DNA of 64,000 nucleotides from an uncultured Bacilli bacterium (GTDB lineage Bacteria; Bacillota_I; Bacilli_A; RF39; UBA660): NCBI GenBank assembly GCA_934086485.1, contig CAKOIF010000004.1, positions 14,777 to 78,776 of the forward strand, read 5' to 3'. Shown piece by piece: positions 57,019 to 64,000 of this stretch (position 1 is its first letter; each line of letters starts with the position of its first letter). The notes under the pieces were generated by a model. It saw only the letters and a program-made list of their open reading frames with translations, ran no database searches and was not told where the DNA came from. The position numbers and the translations under genes were made by a program.

Positions 57019-57922
57019 GCCATTCAATATTTTCTAAAGGAGCATATGTTGATATTAAAGCATATGCTTTTTTTAAGAAATTTTCATAATCATTTGATTT
57101 ATTTATTATTTTTAATAGTTTCTCCGAAGAGACATTTTTATTAACAACCTTTTCATAAATATCTAAGTAATATGATGGAAAAAGGAGTCTTGCAAAAAAC
57201 ATATTGTAAGAATATATTGTAAGTTTAGTACTTTTAAGATAAGACTCTAAATCAAGATATGCATCACCATTATCAAAAAAAGAAGATTTTATATACTCCG
57301 TTATATCACGAACCTCTAAATCGAAGATAAATGAAAGTGGATTAAAATAATTTAAACTATAATTTGGGCAAATAATTCTTTTTCTAGATAAAACAATTTT
57401 ATCTAAAGAGGTCATACTATATTTTGAATTTACATTATTAACATAGTATATAGCATTTTCTGAAAGACCTATATAATAGTCTATTGAATTATCAATTATT
57501 TTATCATACTGAATCTCATTTAATTGACTTTCTATATAATCAACTTTCGCACTCCATAAATAAGCCCAATTATTACGATAAAGATTACTTTTTATACCAT
57601 TTAATGAAAGCTTCTTATTATAGTTATTTATACTAAATATATCTATTATTTCATCTTTATTAAATACTTCGAGTAAAACATAATCAAGTCCATCAACCTT
57701 TGTTAAATAACTATTATTAATATTTAACTTAATATTATGAACATTTATACCCTTTTGTTTTAATTCATTTGATACAAATAAAATATCCTCAAGATCCTCT
57801 TTAGTCCTAGAAAAATATACAAAATAAAAATCATGGTTACTAATTTTAAAATGATACTTATCGTCCTCGATAAAAAGTTTATCAATTACTAAATTATAAT
57901 AATACTCTATTAAATCTTTCAT
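57008..57922 (-). CDS. CotS/YutH-like (spore coat kinase-fold) protein, tentative
   Basis: Size and N-terminal pattern (MKDLIEYYYNL...YHFKISNHDFYFVYF) are CotS/YutH-like by eye, and yutD- and yunB-like genes lie nearby. No catalytic motif verified. Confidence 0.35.
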   Translation of the reverse strand: MKDLIEYYYNLVIDKLFIEDDKYHFKISNHDFYFVYFSRTKEDLEDILFVSNELKQKGINVHNIKLNINNSYLTKVDGLDYVLLEVFNKDEIIDIFSINNYNKKLSLNGIKSNLYRNNWAYLWSAKVDYIESQLNEIQYDKIIDNSIDYYIGLSENAIYYVNNVNSKYSMTSLDKIVLSRKRIICPNYSLNYFNPLSFIFDLEVRDITEYIKSSFFDNGDAYLDLESYLKSTKLTIYSYNMFFARLLFPSYYLDIYEKVVNKNVSSEKLLKIINKSNDYENFLKKAYALISTYAPLENIEWLKN

Positions 57923-57959
57923 ATTATAATATATAAAAAAACTTTCAATTTTATGAAAG

Positions 57960-58718
57960 TTATTTATTTTCAAATCTTTTTACTAAAGCATCAAACATAT
58001 TCTCACAAGATTTCATAAATGTTTCTTTTAAATCTGCATAATTTATGTTTGAAATTGGTTGTGGATTTGGCATTTGATTATTTACATTTGGCATAGGATT
58101 ATTCATTGAAGCCATCTCATTTGGCATTGCCATAGTATTTGTTTGACCTAACATATCACTATTTCCCATCATTTGTGGTGCTGGATTACTATTCATAACT
58201 GGAGCACCCATGTTTGGCATAACTGGAGCTGTATTTACAGTATTCATACCTCCAAAAGATATTGGTCCATCCATTACTGGAGGAGCTGGCGTTTCCATAA
58301 CCTCTGGAGCTGGTGCAGGTGCTGGAGCCACTTCAGGTTGTGGTGCAGGCATTACCTCTGGTTCAGGTTTCGGAGGATTATAACTACTTTTTAATACATC
58401 AAATGATGCTACCGGTAAAGTAAGTTGTGTAAAGAAATCATCTTGTGCACTTAAATTTTCTGGAACCTCTAAATACATAAGAGTTGAACCACTTATAATT
58501 GATTTTAAATTTTCTTTTACACTAGCCCATTCACTTTGATCAAAAATCTTCTCTAATCTATTTCCATTTAATTTACTTATACAAATAATTGGAAGTCCCA
58601 TTGAACCATTCATTTCATTGTCAAAAACAACATAGTTTGCACTTGTTCCTTGAAAACAAGTTACTAACGGTTTTTCAAAAACATTTCCACTTGTTAAATT
58701 TACCCTAATCTTACTCAT
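57960..58718 (-). CDS. Hypothetical protein with a Pro/Ala and Met/Asn/Pro-rich disordered C-terminal half
   Basis: Globular N-terminal ~115 aa, then PPKPEPEVMPAPQPEVAPAPAPAPEVMETPAPPVM and NPAPQMMGNSDMLGQTNTMAMPNEMASMNNPMPNVNNQMPNPQP, then a short helical tail. Confidence 0.55.
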   Translation of the reverse strand: MSKIRVNLTSGNVFEKPLVTCFQGTSANYVVFDNEMNGSMGLPIICISKLNGNRLEKIFDQSEWASVKENLKSIISGSTLMYLEVPENLSAQDDFFTQLTLPVASFDVLKSSYNPPKPEPEVMPAPQPEVAPAPAPAPEVMETPAPPVMDGPISFGGMNTVNTAPVMPNMGAPVMNSNPAPQMMGNSDMLGQTNTMAMPNEMASMNNPMPNVNNQMPNPQPISNINYADLKETFMKSCENMFDALVKRFENK

Positions 58719-58759
58719 CTATATCAATCCCTTCATATGATAATTAAATTATATCAAAA

Positions 58760-59044
58760 TCACTTATCTTTTTCAATAACTTTTAAAATAAAATATCTAC
58801 AACCATATGCACAATATTTTTCAATATAATTATCAACATTTTTTATATCATTAATTGGTTTAAAATTTTTATTTGATTTATCATTAAAACCTTTTAAACG
58901 AAGTTTTCCATAAGCCCAATCACCCACAATATAATCAAAATTTTCAAAGTATTCAGTTATTGCCTCTTTTAAAACTTCTTCGTCTACCCCATCTTTTTCA
59001 TTTTTTATTACTTCGTATGTTTTATCATTAATTGTTATTTTCAT
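58760..59044 (-). CDS. yutD: YutD-like protein (DUF1027)
   Basis: FDYIVGDWAYGKLRLKGF is the hallmark segment of YutD-family proteins. Confidence 0.7.
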   Translation of the reverse strand: MKITINDKTYEVIKNEKDGVDEEVLKEAITEYFENFDYIVGDWAYGKLRLKGFNDKSNKNFKPINDIKNVDNYIEKYCAYGCRYFILKVIEKDK

Positions 59045-59052
59045 TTATCCCC

Positions 59053-59853
59053 CTAAAAAACAAATATTGTTAATAAGAATATTACTAGACCTAGTGTTAC
59101 CACTATAGAAAGTATTAATAAAATATCTACATAACCATTACCTGTAGAAAGTGATGGTTTTGGATTATTAAAATCAAATACTGCCTTATCAAGTAAATAA
59201 TCCTTATTAATTGCATTTTCATTAATATCAAAATAATTATATACCTTTTTATTTACTTCATCAAGCTGGTCAGCATCCATTTTATTAATATCCTCTAAAG
59301 AATATTTTAAAATTTCATAAGCATCAATATTTAATTTTTTCTTTTCTCTTTCTTTCTTTTTATAAACATTCTCTTTAACTATTTTTTCAAAATAATTTTC
59401 TATTTCATTAACATCTTTTGCCATTAAAAAGTTATAAGATGTTATTAATGGATTAGGTGACTTTACTGTATATAATAAATTTTTAAAACTATCTATCTCA
59501 CTTTCTTTTAAATCCATACTTTTTTTCTTAAGAGCAAACATATCTATAAGCATTTTTTGTAAATTAATGAAGTCTTCAGAATTTTCTTTTTCATAAAAAT
59601 GGTTAAAGGCTCTTTTAAATGCACAAATATTATTATATGAATATCCATACTTTTCTAAGTTATCATTTAAAGCTTGCTCATTATTTAAATAAAAAGGATT
59701 TAATATATCTAGTTCATCATAAATTAGTGTAAGAAGTCTTATTACAACGACTAAAAAAGTATTATATGTTATACCCTCAGGATGTGACTTACCCTTTAAA
59801 TAATCATTAATTGCACTAGTAAATGCTTCACTAATAAACACACCATTTTTCAT
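59053..59853 (-). CDS. Hypothetical tail-anchored protein
   Basis: Start at the ATG after GGTGAGAG (MKNGVFISEAF). C-terminal TM YVDILLILSIVVTLGLVIFLLTIFVF. Confidence 0.45.
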   Translation of the reverse strand: MKNGVFISEAFTSAINDYLKGKSHPEGITYNTFLVVVIRLLTLIYDELDILNPFYLNNEQALNDNLEKYGYSYNNICAFKRAFNHFYEKENSEDFINLQKMLIDMFALKKKSMDLKESEIDSFKNLLYTVKSPNPLITSYNFLMAKDVNEIENYFEKIVKENVYKKKEREKKKLNIDAYEILKYSLEDINKMDADQLDEVNKKVYNYFDINENAINKDYLLDKAVFDFNNPKPSLSTGNGYVDILLILSIVVTLGLVIFLLTIFVF

Positions 59854-59889
59854 ACTCTCACCTATTATTAAGTATAGCATAGTTTTTTT

Positions 59890-60540
59890 TCAATTGGAAG
59901 TACTTACACCACTTTCTTTAAAGATATTTTTTCCATAAAATGTTGGTACTTTTCCATTAATAACTTTCGAAGAAATTAAGATTTCTGTTTTTAAAACACT
60001 TTCTTTTTTATTCATAGGAATAACAACTAAATACCCTATTTCAAGTTCAAAATACATTTCTACAAGAGCATTATTAACTCCAAAATCAGTGACTTTAGTT
60101 TTAATTTTCCCTTTTACATTATCTATTATTTCATATTTAAATTTTATTTTTGGACCTAACGAAGAAATAATAATATTATCACTTGCTATAAAAAAAGGTA
60201 CTGTTAAAATCTTACTTTTAGAATTATCTTTTTTTAAACTATCAATATATTTATTTAATAATTTATATGTTTTATCTATATCATAATCTAAATAAACTAT
60301 TTCATTACTATTATTTTTATCAATATATAAAATATCATTAATTTCTTCATTAGTTATAAAATTATTACTTTTAATAACTTTCTTATATATTTCATCCTTA
60401 ACTAAAAAATCAATATAATCATTTAATTTAGGATTTAGTTTTTTACTATATAAACTAAAAATTATAATAAACAAAAAAAGACTTATTAAAAAGGTTATCA
60501 AAATATAATATTTTCTTTTAAGTCTTTCCTTTAATTTCAT
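59890..60540 (-). CDS. yunB: Sporulation protein YunB-like
   Basis: N-terminal TM. ...SSLGPKIKFKYEIIDNVKGKIKTKVTDFGVNNALVEMYFELEI...VINGKVPTFY follows the YunB pattern (GP-x-I ... G-x-V ... F-x-x-x-G-[IV]-N). Confidence 0.55.
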   Translation of the reverse strand: MKLKERLKRKYYILITFLISLFLFIIIFSLYSKKLNPKLNDYIDFLVKDEIYKKVIKSNNFITNEEINDILYIDKNNSNEIVYLDYDIDKTYKLLNKYIDSLKKDNSKSKILTVPFFIASDNIIISSLGPKIKFKYEIIDNVKGKIKTKVTDFGVNNALVEMYFELEIGYLVVIPMNKKESVLKTEILISSKVINGKVPTFYGKNIFKESGVSTSN

Positions 60541-60553
60541 ACTAAATTATATG

Positions 60554-61354
60554 TTATAAAAATGATTTTACTAAAATAACTATTCCTGCTACAAAAGCAA
60601 GTATTAATAAAACTATAATTATTTTTACAAATACTGATGATTTACTATCTTCGATATCAGAAAAGTCATCAAAATCTTCTTTCTTAAACTTTGTAGATTC
60701 TGTAAAAAATGATTTATCTAATGAAGTTGTATTTTCTTTTACTTCATTACTATTAACTTCTTCGAAAACTGTTTCTTTTGTTTTTTCATTATCATCATGA
60801 ATACCTTCGATAACTTCAGTATTATCACTACCTTTTAAATCTTCGAGTAATGCAAGAGGATCACTTTCTTCACTTGCTTTTTTAATAGCTTTTTCATTTA
60901 TTGAAATTGTATTAATTAAATTTGCAAGTTCTTCAGCTGTTTTATCACTTACTTTATGAGTACTTTCCTCTTTTTCTTCATTAAAGTCTAAACTATTTAA
61001 TATATCAAATCCTGTATTACGAAGTTTTTTATTTCTTTCTTTTTCGTAATCATCTTCTTTAACTTCTCTAGCTTTATCCAAAATTACATTAATATCATAT
61101 TCTTTAGTTTCTTCGGCTTTAGTCTTAACAATTTCTTCATCTTCAATAGCAATACTTCTTCTTTTGGGAGCATCTTTATAATGAGTATCTAATATACTTT
61201 TAATTTTTTCTACATCAATACTACCTTTATTATCTCCAATTACGGCCTCATTACTTCTAACTTCATAATTATCAAGCTCTGTTTTACTAATTTCTTTATA
61301 TAGTTCTTGATTTCTCGAAGCTCTACTCGGAATTTTTTGTCCATATTCATCCAT
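60554..61354 (-). CDS. Acidic hypothetical protein with C-terminal TM anchor
   Basis: Glu/Asp/Lys-rich. Tail VFVKIIIVLLILAFVAGIVILV. Confidence 0.45.
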   Translation of the reverse strand: MDEYGQKIPSRASRNQELYKEISKTELDNYEVRSNEAVIGDNKGSIDVEKIKSILDTHYKDAPKRRSIAIEDEEIVKTKAEETKEYDINVILDKAREVKEDDYEKERNKKLRNTGFDILNSLDFNEEKEESTHKVSDKTAEELANLINTISINEKAIKKASEESDPLALLEDLKGSDNTEVIEGIHDDNEKTKETVFEEVNSNEVKENTTSLDKSFFTESTKFKKEDFDDFSDIEDSKSSVFVKIIIVLLILAFVAGIVILVKSFL

Positions 61355-61414
61355 ACTAAAACACCTCTACTATTTAATGATACCATAATTTTTTAACTTA
61401 TTAAAGTTAAATTA

Positions 61415-61864
61415 TTACATTTTTAATAAATTTGTGTCTTCTTTACTATAAATCATCTGACTATTATAGTCTTCATTTTGTAAAAAATCTTTAAATGTAT
61501 AACTAACTGGTAAAACTTCAATACTTTCTAAATATTCTAATTTAATAAATCTACTTGGAATAGCATATTCCAAAACATAATCTTCTTTACTTGAATCATA
61601 TTTAGAAATATATTTTCCAAGTCCTAAATATCCCTTAGTTACTTCATCAGGAATATTATATGTACATAAAAATCTTTTCAAAGGACTATTAAAATAAAAT
61701 ATATCATCTTTACTATCAAAAAAATGCATATAAAAAGTATTTTTCTTGTAATGATGAGAGTTATTTTTACAAGTCTCATTAAATGTACTTCCAACATTAC
61801 TAAATGATTTATTTTCTAAAAATTTATCTATTTCTAATCTATTTGCAATTCTATATACTTTCAT
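61415..61864 (-). CDS. Hypothetical protein (149 aa)
   Basis: Start at ATG 61864 (MKVYRIANRLE) after AAAGGGGAAAG. The longer track ORF is an AT-rich extension running into the divergent ferredoxin promoter. Confidence 0.45.
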   Translation of the reverse strand: MKVYRIANRLEIDKFLENKSFSNVGSTFNETCKNNSHHYKKNTFYMHFFDSKDDIFYFNSPLKRFLCTYNIPDEVTKGYLGLGKYISKYDSSKEDYVLEYAIPSRFIKLEYLESIEVLPVSYTFKDFLQNEDYNSQMIYSKEDTNLLKM

Positions 61865-61969
61865 AGTCTTTCCCCTTTTGACGAGGTTATATTTTATCAT
61901 ATTTTTAATATTTGTCAAATTTTTTACATATTTTTTCAAATACATGTTATAATGAAAAAGGAGGAATAA

Positions 61970-62242
61970 ATGAAAAAAATAATTGTTGATGATGAAAAAT
62001 GTATTGGTTGTGGTGCTTGCGTAGCTATTGATAGTGAGCATTTTGATTTTAATGAAGATGGCCTTTCTGAAGCTATTTCACAAGAAAATCTTGAAAGTGA
62101 AAACTTACAAAATGCTATTTCTTCTTGTCCTGTAAATGCAATCAAAATTACTGAAGGAGAAAATAAATGTTCTTGTGAGGAATGTCACTGTCATGATTGT
62201 CATTGTGATGATGAAGGATGTCACTGCGAAGATTGCAACTAA
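61970..62242 (+). CDS. 4Fe-4S ferredoxin with a Cys/His-rich C-terminal tail
   Basis: CIGCGACVAID...SSCPVNAI (single-cluster ferredoxin) followed by KCSCEECHCHDCHCDDEGCHCEDCN. GGAGG RBS. Confidence 0.8.
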   Translation: MKKIIVDDEKCIGCGACVAIDSEHFDFNEDGLSEAISQENLESENLQNAISSCPVNAIKITEGENKCSCEECHCHDCHCDDEGCHCEDCN

Positions 62243-62268
62243 AAAAAATAACCCGTGGGTTATTTTTT
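62241..62268. terminator. Bidirectional terminator AAAAAAAATAACCcgtgGGTTATTTTTT
   Basis: Lies between the ferredoxin gene (+) and rluB (-). Confidence 0.7.
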
Positions 62269-62974
62269 AATTTCGATAAAGTTTTTTTACTTCTTTAATT
62301 GATAATACTCTATATTCACCTGATTTTAAATTACCTAAATCCAAAAAATCATAGTGAGTCCTAGTAAGTTTGTCCACTAAAAGACCAATACTTTCAAATA
62401 ATCTTTTTACTATATGGTTTCTACCTTCAATAATAGATATTGAAATAAATGTTGCATTTTTTTCTTTATCTATTTTTTTGACCTTAAAATCAATAATATC
62501 TACTTTTCTATCTTCAATATAAATACCTTTTTTTAGTTTATCAATTTGCTCTTTTGTAATAATTCCAGCGCATTTTGCTAAATATGTTTTAATTATTTTA
62601 TTTTTAGGATGAGTTAACTTATTTGCAAGATCACCATCATTTGTAAGTATTAAAAGTCCAGTAGTATCATAGTCAAGTCTTCCAACTGGATAAATTCTTT
62701 CATCAGTATCAATAAAATCAACAACTGTTTTTCTACCTTTTTCATCACTTACTGTAGAAACTACTCCTCTTGGTTTATTTAAAAGAAAATATACTTTATT
62801 ATTTGTACCAACTATTTCTTTTCCATCAATAGAAATGTTTGCATTTTCATCTATTCTATCTCCAATAGAGGCTTTTTTACCATCAACATACACTTTTCCT
62901 TGAGCGATTAACTCTTCAGCTTTTCTTCTTGATGTATATCCCCTATTTGCTATTATTTTTTGAATTTTTTCCAT
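62267..62974 (-). CDS. rluB: Pseudouridine synthase, RsuA/RluB family
   Basis: S4 domain IQKIIANRGYTSRRKAEELIAQGKV. Catalytic region YPVGRLDYDTTGLLILTNDG. Confidence 0.88.
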   Translation of the reverse strand: MEKIQKIIANRGYTSRRKAEELIAQGKVYVDGKKASIGDRIDENANISIDGKEIVGTNNKVYFLLNKPRGVVSTVSDEKGRKTVVDFIDTDERIYPVGRLDYDTTGLLILTNDGDLANKLTHPKNKIIKTYLAKCAGIITKEQIDKLKKGIYIEDRKVDIIDFKVKKIDKEKNATFISISIIEGRNHIVKRLFESIGLLVDKLTRTHYDFLDLGNLKSGEYRVLSIKEVKKLYRN

Positions 62975-63005
62975 AAATTTCTCACCACAAAAATTATATC
63001 ATACA

Positions 63006-63515
63006 TCAAAAGAAAATCCTAGTTAAAACAAATGCCATAATAAGTCCAACTAAATCTGCTAAAAGGCCTACTACTACAGTATATCTACTTTTAGTTATTT
63101 TTACGCTACTATAATAAAGAGCTATAACATAAATTGTGGTATCAGTACACCCCTGAAGTACACTTGCAAGTCTTCCGGGGTATGTATCTGGTCCATATAT
63201 TTCAAATATTTTAGTCATTATGCTCATAGAGGCGGTTCCAGATATTGGTCTTAAAAATGCCATAGGAAGTATTTCCGGAGGTAAATTTAAAATATTAGTA
63301 ATAGGTCTTAATAAAAAAGGAAGTATATTACTATCTAAGAAAATATTAACTGCAAAAACCATTGCAAGTACTGCAGGGAAAATATTATAGACTATTTTCA
63401 TTCCCTCTTTAGCGCCCTCTAAAAAAGAGGAATATACATCAACTTTTTTGATATAACCATAAAAAACTACAAACAAAATAAATAAAGGAATAACTATAAT
63501 AGAAAAAAGTTTCAT
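63006..63515 (-). CDS. spmB: Spore maturation protein B (nucleoside-recognition domain)
   Basis: Polytopic, about 170 aa. Overlaps the spmA stop by 4 nt. Has the SpmB-like N-terminus ...VYSSFLEGAKEGMKIV. Confidence 0.7.
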   Translation of the reverse strand: MKLFSIIVIPLFILFVVFYGYIKKVDVYSSFLEGAKEGMKIVYNIFPAVLAMVFAVNIFLDSNILPFLLRPITNILNLPPEILPMAFLRPISGTASMSIMTKIFEIYGPDTYPGRLASVLQGCTDTTIYVIALYYSSVKITKSRYTVVVGLLADLVGLIMAFVLTRIFF

Positions 63516-64000
63516 CTTTTTTTCCTCCTTATAAAATAATCAATTAAAACCGCCGATAAACAAGAACAAGATGTTGATATTAATGCTGGAGCAATTATTT
63601 CTGTGGGATTTAAACTGTTATAAGCAAGTCTTATGGCAATTATTGTTGTTGGAATTATGGTAACTCCCGCAGTATTTAATACTAAAAAGGTTATCATTGG
63701 CGTTGAGGCAGTATCTTTTTTATCATTTATCTTCTGAAGTTCACTCATTGCCTTAAGTCCAAAAGGTGTTGCTGCACTTCCAAGACCTAACATATTCGCA
63801 GCAATATTCGATGCAATATAACCAAGTGAAGGATTATCTTTTGGAACAGATGGAAAAAGTTTAGACAAGATTGGTCTTAAAAATTTAGCAAACCTTGTAA
63901 GCATTCCAGCACTCTCAGCAATTTTCATTATTCCAGACCATAAAACAATCGTTGGAAATAAACTTAATATCAACTTTAAAGCCTTATCTGCATTAGTTAA
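63512..64000 (-). CDS. spmA: Spore maturation protein A, N-terminus beyond the right edge
   Basis: ...WSGIMKIAESAGMLTRFAKFLRPILSKLFP.... The frame stays open upstream of the track's TTG (63973) to position 64000. Confidence 0.65.
   Translation of the reverse strand, partial: LTNADKALKLILSLFPTIVLWSGIMKIAESAGMLTRFAKFLRPILSKLFPSVPKDNPSLGYIASNIAANMLGLGSAATPFGLKAMSELQKINDKKDTASTPMITFLVLNTAGVTIIPTTIIAIRLAYNSLNPTEIIAPALISTSCSCLSAVLIDYFIRRKKR

Noticed and set aside
58173-58394. Trp-rich 73-aa plus-strand ORF
   Set aside because: It is a shadow of the Pro/Ala/Met-rich low-complexity region of the 57960-58718 gene on the opposite strand.

Overview
This is a very AT-rich chromosomal segment from an endospore-forming low-GC Firmicute. 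It uses the standard genetic code: TGA is a stop and all conserved genes are intact. The dnaB-dnaI loader genes are of the Bacillus/Erysipelotrichia type. There are about 70 protein genes, nearly all on the minus strand and often overlapping start-to-stop. They include htpG (partial), tyrS behind a Tyr T-box, parE-parC, a pgsA-like gene, fmt, ppdK, a short rel, recA with a Cheo box, and dnaB-dnaI. A Tad/Flp-type secretion cluster (two tadE/G-like genes, tadZ-like, cpaF, tadB-like, tadC-like) follows a 1050-aa three-module surface protein. Further genes are spoIIGA-sigE, ftsA-ftsZ, fic, spoIIP-yqxA-lepA-(spoIIID-like)-hemW, ssb, sufB, tgt-queA, ftsK, trmL, frr, spoVS, uppS, six tRNAs, and yutH/yutD/yunB-like, rluB and spmA-spmB sporulation-region genes. 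Main hunt results follow. (1) A 2.5-copy family of convergent modules brackets spoIIGA-sigE and abuts the stop codons of ftsZ and sigE. Each module has a consensus promoter, a structured leader and a 27- or 34-codon hydrophobic ORF on the plus strand, facing a promoter-to-terminator antisense RNA of about 120 nt on the minus strand. This is type I toxin-antitoxin-like architecture, and I cannot assign it to a named family. (2) tRNA-Leu(UAA) is interrupted after U34 by a 684-nt group I intron that carries an HNH endonuclease ORF with a TTG start. (3) The Tad-like cluster has no visible Flp pilin or prepilin peptidase and is coupled to the internally duplicated giant protein. (4) An AYFG-type (SipW-cognate-like) signal-peptide family is present, including a chimeric pseudogene. 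(5) Several candidate small RNAs and operators sit in intergenic regions. All calls come from reading the sequence and the ORF track; no database search or folding program was run.
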